Of a DNA stretch of 40,061 nt, positions 23,161 to 34,930 are shown piece after piece. This DNA comes from Halocafeteria seosinensis. Taxonomy: Eukaryota. The DNA lies in contig LVLI01000233.1 of the NCBI GenBank assembly GCA_001687465.1, positions 186,001 to 226,061 of the forward strand. Reading direction: 5' to 3'. The notes under the pieces are model-generated. The model saw only the letters and a program-made list of their open reading frames with translations, was not told the origin of the DNA and ran no database searches. The position numbers and the translations under genes are program-made. Position 1 is the stretch's first letter. Each line of letters opens with the position of its first letter.

Positions 23161-24844
23161 ATGTCAGCTACAACCAACACAACGCCCTCAGCCATTGTAC
23201 CGCCCAAGGTGCGGTGGGGGGAGGACGGTCCCTTTCCCATGGACTCTGAGGAAGCCAATGACGTCTTTTATTACGCCAAGGTGAAGTATCGCGGATTCGA
23301 AATCCCACATGCATCGTGGGAAGTCCCTCGACGAAAACTAAGCGAGTTATCACAGGAGCAGTTCTTCAGTGAGCACGTGGTACCTCGGAAACCGGTTGTT
23401 TTAGTGCCTGAGAATCCACAAGAACCCTTGCCGGGCTTTCTTGGAGCGAAGAAATGGACCTACGACTACTTGAAGCAGCAAGCTGGTGACCTCGACGCTC
23501 ACGTCGAAACCAGAAGCTCCCCAGAAGAAGGATACGGTAAAGGCAAGTCCCAGCAGATGAAGTTCAGGGAGTTCGTGGTAAGTGCTGGTCTGGATAGTGG
23601 CCAGCAAGTGTCTGTCAAACACTAACTGTTTATATGTGTTGCAGGGCGAGCTTGAGAATGGGAGCACAAACTTCTACATGACAACGCAACCTCTACCTGA
23701 GGATGAAGATGGCCCCATTTCTCTCATGACAACGCCTCTAGATAACCTTACCCAGGATTTCCCCTCGAGACCGGATATCCTGGGAAACTTGATTCCCTAC
23801 CAATACAATGTATGGATAGGACGCGCAGACAAAGAAACTACTAGTAGTGGCCTGCACCATGATTTTCATGACAATCTATACGTGCTTCTATCGGGCGAAA
23901 AACATTTTCGCCTGCTTAGTCCTTCAAGCGCGAAGAAGCTAGATACATCAGGTCCGGCGACTTGCGTTCTTCCGAACGGAGTGATCAACCATGAGTTCCC
24001 GACGCGATTGGACGGTGCGCATCCGTTGTCAGTGGCACAACAGAGAGTTGAAGAGCTCACGAAAACAATGCCGAGAGAAGCTACTTCTGGCGCAACCGGA
24101 TTACCCGACAGTCTTGACGAAATATTCCAGCAAGCGGCTTCCTCGCTGTACAACGCCAACGTCCATCGCGTCCGAGGCTTCGTCGACATTGCGGAGGCGC
24201 ACACGGACGTATTCAACTTCGTCTTGGCATGTAATCGTGAAGGTGTGGAAGCAGTAGAGGGGGTGAAGAGCCTCGTCGAAAAGGGATTTGGTGTCAAAGT
24301 GGCTAAGAGTGGCGCACTGTCCGGGGCCAAGAGGAACAGGTCGCCGCATTCAGACGAAGATGCCGATGATGATACCGGTGGTGACGGGATGGAAGATCTT
24401 TTTCGAGAATCTGAAATCGACGAGGATGATGAGATGGAGGCTGACCTGGACCGCGCTCTGGACAACTATCTTGAGCATGGAGATAACGGCGAGGATGATG
24501 AAGACAAAGACGTGGAAGCCACACCATCTAAATCAGCAACTGAGAATGAACTGCCCTCCAACTTTTGTCGGCTTGTCTTGACAGCGGACGATATCCAGCG
24601 AGGGTATAAGGAAGGCTCGTTCATTGGGCACTGTGATGTATCAGCAGGAGAAATGCTATATTTACCGGCCGGTTGGTTTCACGAAGTGATTTCTTCCAGC
24701 TCTTCAGATTCTTCGTGCACCGACGTTCTCCCTGGCAGCCATATGGCGTTCAACTACTGGATACACCCACCAGCCACTTCGGATTCTGCTTCTCCTTACG
24801 TGGATAAATACTGGTGGAACAGATACTGCAAGCTGCGGTCGTGA
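23161..24844 (+). CDS. JmjC/cupin-8 Fe(II)/2-oxoglutarate oxygenase, about 538 aa
   Basis: Intron 23578-23644. FFSEHVVPRKPVVL, KWTYDYLKQQAG, NVWIG, SSGLHHDFHDNLYVLLSGEKHFRL (HxD), GEMLYLPAGWFHEV (distal His) and HMAFNYW. Confidence 0.92.
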
Positions 24845-26216
24845 TTATTGATTTTCGGATACTTTTAGCAAATGTATTTTACCACTACTGTCGGTGCTGC
24901 TGCTTTCTGCAGAGACAGTTAACATGGTACCCTTTGTAGACCACGCGATACTCTGGCACTCCTGGGTATCCGGAAACTTGCGCAATGATGCTCCATCGGA
25001 AGTGCGTATCAACTCAGCCAATGATCCCAACTGTGAATAAGCGATATAATGACCGTCGTTGGATACATCTGCGGCCCAGACGTTCCCTCTGCGGACAGCG
25101 CAACGAAAAAGTTCGAATACCTATAACGGCCCGGACATACACAAGCAAAACCGTAGTGTCGAGTACTTACTCTGGCTTCTCGTACGTTCGCAACGCTACT
25201 AAGCTGTCAGCATCGCAGAAGTTTACAATGCCATCCGACCCACTGGTGATAAAGTACTGGAGATCATGGGTAAACCTCAAGGTGGCTTGTAGGCCTGCAT
25301 GCATCTGGGCACTCTTGCATCTTTCTAAGGTATCGGAAGGCTTATCGACATTGTAAACAGATGTGCAACCCCTTTGTATTAAACCGCGATATCCCAAAGA
25401 TACATAAAGTTCGTCGCCTGTCCTGAACTGTAACTGATTTACTTGAGGCTGCAAGCCAAGAACAACACTCGCTCAAAATATAAAATGCCAAAGTAAAAGG
25501 TGCATGCCGAACATACTTCCTCAGGTAGTGTGCAGTCCTTGAAAGGTTTCCATGTACGTGTGTCTAAAATGACGATGTGATTTTCTCGTGTGGTTATCGC
25601 AATGTATGGTCTGTCTTGACTCCAAGACATGTGTAAGTTATCCATCTTTGTATTTTGCGCTTGGGCTTTACAACGTCTTGTTCGCAAGTCCCATATACGA
25701 ATTGATCCATCCGCGGATGCACTTGCACACAGTTGACTGTCTTCCGGATTCCATGCCACAGTGTTAACTCTATCCTGGTGACCTTTCAGGTTCAAAAAAG
25801 CCTTGGGTGCCTGTCGACGCAAGTCCATTCTCGTTCCAGCGTTCAGCGCAAGCAATCAGAGAGGGGACCGTCACTTACCCCATTTTCATCCCACTTCCAT
25901 GTCCCGACGACGTAATCAGCTCGGGCTGTAGCTAACAAACTGGAATCATTATTCCAAGCCATGGAACTCGTCTGAACACGCCGAACAAACACTAAAGTGT
26001 AAGCAAACGCTGCTTCTGTCGATGAGTTCAAGGTAGACCTACTTTGGTTGGCGTTCCAGAAGCGCCACTGGTGGTCATGGGCTTCAATACGGCATCTCTG
26101 AGGGCTTTATCCCGGTCTGAATAAGGAGCAATCCAATAATGAGGGTTGGAACTGGCTGCTGCAAACTCCTGTTTCCTACTCTCAAAGCCTGTATTTGCGT
26201 CCACGGCAGTAGCCAT
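24845..26216 (-). CDS. THOC3: THO complex subunit 3 (Tex1)-like WD40 protein
   Basis: Introns 26042-25972, 25878-25811, 25516-25449 and 25170-25089 restore one frame: SMAWNNDSSLLATA, LKGHQDRVNTVAWNP, SASADGSIRIWDLR, NTKMDNLHMSWS, QYFITSGSDGIVNF, SIAWSTKGTML. Motif order matches THOC3, though the sequence is divergent. Confidence 0.75.
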
Positions 26217-26660
26217 TGTGTGAGATGAGAACAGAATAACCTATCTAACTATATACTAGTAACAATCCATGCATTTAATCCATCCAGACATCAAACTGCT
26301 TTGTATCTGGAAGTGAGCCGTCAATCATTTCTGCCACCTCGATAGCGCGCCATCGCTCCCTCTTTCTCTCCTCCAGAGCTATTGTTTGTCCATGTGGATG
26401 AGTTTGAACGACTACACAGATAGTCTAACTACTGCTTTTCTTTTAGTGTGTGTGGTCCAGTGACTGCTTGGTTGGATAATAGAGCAGCAAGGGCTCTCTG
26501 AAAAAAAACAGGTTGGGAGAACCGTTGGTTGATACACACTATTTTCCTCGGGCAAGTAAAGCCATTTATCCACCCTTTACAGTGGCACTACTCGAGGCAC
26601 CGAGCGCCCTTACCTTGGTAGAAAGTTTCCTGGGTGCTTGAGCAAAAGAAGAAGTGTCTA

Positions 26661-29280
26661 ATGGATGGCTTTACGTCGTTCTTGGGTCCGTCTCGTTCAG
26701 CTTCCTCCCCCGACCAATATGGAAATAGAGCACAAGAGAGCGATATCGTTGTAAGCCATGATTCCCCCGAGGAGCCCGATTCGTACTATGCTCGCATTCA
26801 GCCGCACCATGGTGGAACAGGAGGGGCGGCGAGATATCACCAGCCCAACAGACAAGTGTCTCCCCAAAGGGCTCCCCCTCCCATCAACACCTACTCAACG
26901 GGGAACAATCTAGATAAGCTGACAAGGAGCCAATTAAGTTTGGAAGATTTTCAATGGCAAGATACCAGTATGGAACAAACAAATTTTCATGGGGGTGAGA
27001 AAAAAGAGGTGTCATGGGGACCGACCACAGAAGGCGACGCTCCTGCACAAGGCTCTCCTAATCATTTTCAGAATAGTACAGCCGGCGCCACACCGTACTA
27101 CCGGCAAGGAAAATTGGATAAACAAGAAGGTTTTCACGACAGTGCCGAGCAAACATTCCTGAAACCGAGTTGGCGTGGAGGAAAAGCTGGCCAAGAAGAG
27201 GTACGGTCTCCACAAGTTGGTCTAGTTTAGAGCAATATCCGATAGTCCGCGTCCGGTATCTATTTTTTCGCAGTATCATCCGACAAGTGAAGAAGAAGAA
27301 ATTTTGCGAAGAGAACCCTATGGAGATGCTGAAGGTGACAAGCTCAAGAGGGTGGTGGCATACCAGCGGCAACAAATCAACCAGCTTCTAAGCAGGTTAG
27401 AACAAGCCGAGCGTCAGTTGTTCGCCGTAAGTAATGCCATATGGCTGTATTTTAGAGAGAGACGCCCTGGATTTGACCGGTGTTCAATATTTTTTACTGT
27501 TGTGTTCAGTATCGAGAAAAACAGGCTCATGCTGATTCGTCTCCCACTATGGGGGACGTGGAGTTCCTCAGGCAGCGTCTCCGGGGTCAAGAGCAAGAGA
27601 TTGATCAGTTAAAGAGGGAAAGGGCAGGATTAATACGGCGACTTGCGCAGCCTTCCCGTGAGGAATACCAGGCATGGGCCGGTAATCACTCCACCAATGG
27701 AATGGCAACAGCCCCAGTCGAGGCGACAGAGACAAGGGCGACGAATACCAAACACAATTTGCCTAGTAGTGGTAGCCCAGAGCATCACAAGTCTCCGGAG
27801 CGTCAATCTGCTCCGGATCAAACGCATTCTGATATGAATTATGACTTCGGTAACAGTGACGATGATGACGACAATGATCCACTACTCGCTTTCGGACCTC
27901 TTTCCAGCCCAGAGCAACATGAAAGTGAGCATCGTGTCTCTCGTTCACAGGGCTCTGCGTCTCCAGCAAAGAGGAGTAGCCCATCCTCAAGTCCTTCTAA
28001 GAGTAAATGGAGGCGACCCTCCAAAAACTCCGGCTCGAAAGTTTCTAGTGGCAACCCATTTTCCCACCAGTCGGGGAAAACAGACGCAGATGGTGACAAC
28101 GAGACTGATCATCCTTCAATATCCAGGCAAAAGAATCAAGCTACTGTCGGAACAGTAAAATCGAGGCCAAGTACAGTCAGTTCGGCGGGCGCTCGTCGTC
28201 CAGCCACTGCTTCATCTGCCACGAAAGCTTCTGAAGCTGCATCGCCAAGTCGGCGGCAAAACTATACTTCCGGGCATCCTGGTGCCTCTACAAAACCTAG
28301 TGGTGAGGATAGAAGCACTCGCTCACAGGGAAGGAGGAGGGACGTTTCCGGAGGTTATAAACGGGGTGGAGCTGCAAATGGCCGAGGGAACAGACAATTA
28401 GGGCATCCACGTACCGATACGAAGGTAAATGGTCGACCTTCTCCAGCAGGCGTCGAAAGAGGAACTGCTAGTGCCAGAGGAAACAAAGCAGGATATTCTA
28501 AAGGACGTCAGATTTCGAAAAGAACAACAGATAAACCTTCTAAAGTGCTCGGGACGGATAATATACCAGCGGCAAACAATGGTGGAGAGGGTGCCCCGGT
28601 CCCACCAATAGCCAGGGCTCGATATGAGGCTCTTACACGTGGGGAGCTCGAACAGATGAGTTTGCAAGAAAAGCCCTTCCTTAAATATTTTATGGAGGGT
28701 TTCGTTGTATGGAAAGTGGTAAGTATTTGAAACAGATCTTCCATAGTTGGCATATCGTATAATAACTAGGAACTGGAAATCTGCAGTGTAATTGGGGAGT
28801 ACGGCGCCGTCTCGTATGGCTCGATTTGGAGGAAATCAGTAAGTCTCCCAAGGTTGGCTTTAAATTGCCATCTGACGGACATGCGCATGCTTTTTCTTCT
28901 TTTGCACTGCAGTGGATCCGCGGGTTCGTTGGAACGAGGCACCGCGGGGTATCGATAGTGAAAAACTTCCATATGAGTCTCGTTTCCTCGAAATTAAGAG
29001 GATTTCGGGCTATGGAAGGGGAGTTACAGCTACAAACAAGCTTAAACGTAAGGGCAAAAAGGAGAAGGACGATTTGTATATGGGCATGACCGGCCGACAT
29101 CCCGAAACAAACGCGGATGTATCCTTAGACTTGATGTTTGGATCAGTGACGGAGAGGGATTGGTTTTTCCAGCGATGGAATACCTTCCTGGAGCTCCTCG
29201 CAGAATCATTCAGGGAGAAGCTAGAAAAGGAAGCAATACTCCAACGCCTGGAGACTAAACTAGATAATGTCGTAGGATGA
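26661..29280 (+). CDS. Coiled-coil + long disordered linker + C-terminal PH-like domain protein (paralogue A, about 773 aa)
   Basis: Exons 26661-27200, 27274-27426, 27510-28718, 28787-28838 and 28913-29280 are in frame. Coiled coil LKRVVAYQRQQINQLLSRLEQAE; C-terminal EGFVVWKV-CNWGVRRRLVWLD...VRWN...SLDLMFGSVTERDWF resembles PLC/Mcp5-type PH domains. Confidence 0.8.
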
Positions 29281-29761
29281 GTGCAGGTTTCCCGGTGGGA
29301 GAGAGGAATCGTAAATCGTTTTTGTTATCGCAGCAGCTTGCTACTTATATGGAAGTTTCCATCGGTGTTGTTGGCAACTCGGGCTAATTGAAAGGGTATT
29401 GTGTATTGTGATTAAGTCCGATCGTTGCTCCTCTGCAAGATATGAATGAAGAATGCACATTTGCTGACTACTCACGTGATATCTACGATACTTTGTTTTG
29501 TTTTCCCTCTGCATGCCAAATCAACATGCGACACCTTTCAGTCAGGTAGTTGAGCAACCACTGCAAGGTTGGCTCTGCGACGGTTAGAAGGTTGAAGTCA
29601 CTGCTTCGCGGTGCTTTATTGTGTTCAGTCACCATCATTGCAATTACCACGATAATTAGTCTTTGTTGGTAGGTTCCTTGCTCCAAGGGTGTTCGTACGT
29701 TTGTATTTGGTCTTGTTCAAAAGGGGTGCCATATTGTTTGGAGTGGAGGAACTCAACCGCT

Positions 29762-31228
29762 ATGTCGCAACAAGTGCAAGGTGGTGCAAACCCGTTAGGA
29801 AGGATGTCTTTTACGCGCAAGACACCTTACGGCGATTCGGGGAATATGCCCGCCTCTCCGGGGTCTCCACCGCAACTGGATAATGTCATCAAAGCTGTGG
29901 ACTCGCCATCGGGGCAAGCGACCTCACCGAGTCGAAGTGGAAACAGCAGGTTCTGGCGTGACGAGGAGAATGACGGGTCATCTGCGGCAACGACGGTTCA
30001 TACAACCTCGGAACAGAAACAAACAAACAGTACTAGTCACTACAACATGCTGGCCAAAAATGGAATGCCTAGAAGTGGTCTCACCCACAGCAGCCATTCA
30101 TTGAGCCGAGTTCAATTGGAAGACGATGGAGGTATGGACCTTAACAATATGGATGAGGCAGCAGAGCCTCCTCCGGTACGTATCTAGCCGAATTTGTTGA
30201 ATACACTAGGTTTTGCCCTCAACTTCCGTGGGAATTACATTGGGGTGCACAGAGTACTCGTAGTGCGAACGATATGCGGACCACGATTCGAATTCACGAC
30301 AGGAAAATTAAAGAGTTGCAACGTGAAGTCACTCAACTTAAGAGAGTCGTATCTCATCAAACCACTATCATACGCAAATTAGAAGGCGGTCAACCGGCAT
30401 CTCCCCAGAACTCCAGAAATGGTCCTTCCTCCAGGCAGAAATCGCTACGACAGTTGGAGAGGTCACCGAGTCAAAAATCATTGCGCAATCTTGATCTACA
30501 AGGAGTAGAATCGACTGGATACGTGGGAGAATTCGAACGCTCAGAATACGACTTTATGACAGCGGAGGAAATCAAAGAGCTGCCTTTGCACCGTCGCCCG
30601 GTGTTCAAATGGCTGCGCGAAGGAATTGTTGCGACTAAAATAGTAAGTACAGGGATGCTAGTGTGGTTGAACGGTACGCCATAGTCACCACCATTCAACG
30701 AATGTAGGTTTCGTGGGGATGGCCGAGACAACGCCTGATTTGGATTGACGTTGCCAACCCAGGTAAGTGGCTCTGTCATACTGACAGCGATGACAGAGCA
30801 AGTACCAGTACTGCGTAGTTTGATCTTTTGCAGAAAGGCCTAAGATCCGTTGGAATGTTGTCAGTCGACATGATACACACGGAAAAGATTTCTACGGTGC
30901 CCGGTCGTTGCCTTTCGACAGGATCGATAACGTTGTGCGCGGGATGGGTACGACGAAGCTTCTGCAGAAAGGAAAACTGAGCGATGCAAACACATACCTC
31001 AGTTTCTTGAGTCTTGAGTCATCTCCCGAGGGTGAAATGTCACTGGACTTGCGCTTCAAATCAGAGGCAGAAAGAGATTATTTATACCATAGCATAAGGA
31101 AAGTGTTCACCGCGTTTGCCAAAGCCCTTCAGCTGCGAAAGTCAGGTCTAGGAAGAGCGGATATAATATCTTACGTCGAGCAGCAGGTAGATGGAGCTGT
31201 GGAAGGAAGTTACAATAATACGCAGTAG
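29762..31228 (+). CDS. Coiled-coil + C-terminal PH-like domain protein (paralogue B, about 417 aa)
   Basis: Exons 29762-30175, 30253-30642, 30708-30762 and 30834-31228 are in frame. Coiled coil IKELQREVTQLKRVVSHQ; LREGIVATKI-VSWGWPRQRLIWID...IRWN...IDNVVRGMGT...SLDLRFKSEAERDYL. Confidence 0.8.
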
Positions 31229-31333
31229 TAACTGACAGTGCACTTAACGTACGTCTCCATTCAATTTGTAAGCTACAGTGCATCTAGGGATGTAAGGGGA
31301 AGTGGTATTGAAACCAAATATCGCATCCCATAT

Positions 31334-34300
31334 CTAGATATCTTCGGCCTTCATTTTAGGGAAATCCTCGTCTTCTTCGACATTAGTGCTAGTCAATTGA
31401 TCGATGAAGTCTGACGCACTCATGATAGACGTGGATCCGTAAATTATTTCACGATTCGTATTCCTAGCAAGATTTTCCAACGCAGATATCTCCAGAGGAG
31501 TAATTCCACCTAACACAAAGAAAATTGTACGAGGACCCTGGACATGACGCTCTTGATCTAACAGACTGTCTTCCTCCGCATTGTTTTTTCCATTCGGCTG
31601 AGTGCCGTCTGTTGCGGTGTGCATGTTCAAAAATCTGCTCGGTTTGGCAGAGCGCTTCGACTCTCCTACTTCTTTTGCAGCTTCCTGTTTCCAGTTGCCG
31701 ACTGCTTTGCTCTCCCTCCGTGTAATTGCGCCTGTGTTTTTCTGAGAGGTTTTCGCGGAGTTGCTCGAGGCATCTTCAGGAGGGGGCCGTACGAAGGGGA
31801 ATGTTTCTCGCGAAAGTTTTCCCTCGAAATGGGAGCTTAGAATATCAACGGCTCGGGGAGTATACCTCGAAACTCCTCGCCCTTTCTCTTCAGCAGTTCG
31901 ATTCTTCGCTACTTTTTTGGCTTTGTCAATATCAAATCGTGGGGCAGACCACGAAACGGGCTTAAGAGAGTCCTGCAGGAGAGTGTCAAACTTGCATGTG
32001 TTCAGAGGGTAGATATCAGTGATAGACCTCTAGTATCTTACTCGTATATGCGGAATATCGATATCGTTTAAGTTATAGAACGCATTCTTAAGGTCCTTGT
32101 CGAGATTCGCTTCTTCAACGAGCGAGTTCCGCGTGCTCGAATCCACAGACGGCGCGTGTAGTAAGTACAAAATAATTAACCGTAACTTCATCTCGTTAGT
32201 CAGCTTCGTGGAGCGGAGTTGGCTAAATACTTCACTTCTGACTTTCTTATGGTTGTACGTTTCTCCATCATTTCCTACCCCAGTAACTAAAATTTGTTCC
32301 TGCAAAATTTGTAATGTCGAGATGAAACAGCCCTTTCACACGTTGTCGAGGAACATACCACATTGTATGCCTCCGCTAACTCCTCTGACAACTTTTCCTG
32401 GATACTTAGCGCGATATCGGCATGAATATCTACCTTCTCTTGAATGTCTCCCTTCGTTCCGCGTTTCAAAGCCAATTGTAGCATTTGTCTAAGGGCACGA
32501 GGGTCATCCTGAAACAGCAGTTCAGTTATTGTTTATCTTGCTAACACTTGCTTTAAATAAACAGCGTTCCCCTTACCTTGCTCATCAGATCTTGCTGTTG
32601 GCTCTTGATCTTCTTACTGAGATCGCGAAGCATCCCAAAGGCTTCGTAAATGTCTGCATGATAACAACGTTGTATTCAGTACTTGTAAGCAAAAAACACA
32701 AGATCTTATTACAGCCTACTTTTATGCCTCATAGATGCAAATAACGGATCTTTGTCGTCCAAATTGCATGAGATAGTTGTTGGACTTCCATCCGACTGTT
32801 TCGTCTCTAGACGGAATAGCGACCCTGGTTCATGTCCCAGAAGGTCAATAATTGCGCTTTCATACGTGAAATCATGTAGGATCGCTGAAGCGATATCATC
32901 TACTCGATCAACAATAAACACTGTACCAGGTTCACTGGGATCTTCATCCCTGGGTAGAAAATCACATTAGTCATCGATAAGACACGACGGTGACAAGAGG
33001 AAAAACAGCTTACGTACTTCGTCGGGTTTTTTTTGTGTCCTGTAGGTGTCCACGAACTATGGGCCTGGTGATATTTCATCAAATGATCTTCCAAAAACGT
33101 TGCCATCATCGACGTGTAACCTCGTCGACGACCTCCTGTGTCTTCCGACCGCTCGCTAAATCGGATGTACGGCTTTTCATTCATTACTATTAACGCAGAA
33201 GCCACCTGTACCAAAATATAAAGTTCATCGTGCACCTTAATCATTCGAAAAAGAAGTGATGTAATAGCTGTTAGAGCAGAACATACACGATAAGCGATCC
33301 CATCAAGGGTATTTTGAACTTGCGTCCACGCTTCGGGATTTTGTGTAACGGACATCATTTTGTGTTCATACAAAGTTGAAAACGTATTCGGTAAGCCTAG
33401 TGAAAACAAGTTGGTATCCAAGGCATAATATTCGACAATGCAGTCCTGCGAAGTTACCCCTTGAGGCATATCAGTCTGCCCCCACAGAATATTCATGATC
33501 ATTAACGGACGTACCTTGATTGCGCTATCGTCCCTAAAATACTTTAAGAAACTGGAATATCTTGGTTCTTGTTCCGCCCACTGTTTAAGATATGCTCGCA
33601 CTTTTTCCCAGTTGGGGGTGGAATCTTGAGATTGATGTCCAGCAACAGTCAGTAACCTACATTCGCCGTACAGAGGTTTCGGCATATTCGCTTCTTCCTG
33701 AGTACACAAAACGCCGAAATAAACTATCAACGCTGCATTCAGCTTAAAAAACCACCGCTTACCTCCTTCGGGAACAGCCACGGAAAACACCGCTCAAAGC
33801 AATCCTCACCCAGAGGTATGTGCGGAAGCTCGTAATCAGACAACACTCTATTCAAGTTCCATTCATTTCCTCTAATATAGTACAGCACATCCAATGGATA
33901 ATACGGTCGTCTAGTGAGGTTTTTCTCAGCCTCTCGTTTTGTCTCAAATTTATCAACAACTGCAGCAATCATCAGCAAAGATCATCGAAGTGCTTGCGGG
34001 GACGTGCTCTCCATAGACCAAACCAAAAGCGTACCCATGAATCCAGCTTGGTAAATATCGCCCATAGATAAAGCGTACGTCAGAATTTTCAATGTATAGG
34101 CATCTGTCACTAATATAGTGCTTCCCTTGTTCTCAGGGGCTATATCCGATGTCGCTCCCGAAAGGATGTTTGTAATATCTGCACCACAACAAAACCGCAA
34201 ACACAAGGTGAGAGTTCTCCTTGTCTTCACACAGGGAGGCGCCTTATGGCGTGTATTTAACCACGTACAATCAGCTGTCATTTGATGGAAGGTGGGGCGT

Positions 34301-34395
34301 TGTGCAGCATTTCGAGCACTCGTACTCAGCGCTGTCAATGTCCCTCCAGGGGTTGGAGGAGGGGGGCGCGCCCCCATGCCGCCAGCTGCAGCCAT
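31334..34395 (-). CDS. SEC1: Sec1/Munc18 (SM) family vesicle-fusion protein, multi-exon
   Basis: Introns include 34268-34179, 34034-33960, 33762-33698, 33286-33206 and 33017-32950; later ones were not fully mapped. Motifs ILVTDAYTLKIL, LDVLYYI, EYYALDTNLFSL, EKPYIRF, VFIVDRVDDIASAILHDFTYESAIIDLL, EQILVTG, KLRLIILY, FFVLGGITPLEI...IIYGST. The SM subfamily call is tentative. Confidence 0.9.
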
Positions 34396-34794
34396 TGTGC
34401 CGTACTAAGGGAGCAAAGTATGTGCCTCCAAGATGCTCTAGAAAGTATGATACAGGCTCTAGAAAGGAGAACTTGTGGGCCCTGGTTTAAAGGGAGAGCG
34501 ACGAAAATACTGCTTTTCACTCAATTCCCAATTCAATGGGAACCATTAGCAGATTCGGGATACAAGGACATACAACCTCCCTGGTTCCTGGTTCTACTGG
34601 AAAGGACAAATCGTAGCGTATACACCGTTTAGCAAGCTGGCTGCAACCATGCGCGATCCGCCCCCTCGTGAGACCCCCGGGATACCTTTTTTGTTATTTC
34701 CAGGTCCAGGATACGACAATCAAATGTTGGAGTTAGATTCTTAGCCTAGAATCTTAGGACTAAGCTAGGAGAGCAATTTGTGCAGTATAAAACT

Positions 34795-34807
34795 AAAAAA
34801 AAAAAAA
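34795..34807 (+). repeat. A13 homopolymer
   Basis: Directly visible; the longest homopolymer I saw in the window. Confidence 0.9.
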
Positions 34808-34930
34808 CATAGAAGCGGAGTACATCCGGCTGTGCATTTTCATTACACCTTACTGTGCTTGAATGGTATGACAACGCACGGAACTAAAGGATGATGGTTC
34901 GCTGACCAGCAGACTGCGACGCGAGTACCC

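Noticed and set aside
23866..24465. 199-aa minus-strand ORF, and similar antisense ORFs such as 5027-5431 and 37708-38286
   Set aside because: Antisense shadows of real genes with no motifs of their own.
302..33978. Apparent frameshifts or split ORFs in many genes (UTP12, OSCA, THOC3, Sec1, JmjC), considered as pseudogenes, programmed frameshifting or an alternative genetic code
   Set aside because: Each break I examined is resolved by a canonical 62-90 nt GT-AG intron under the standard code.
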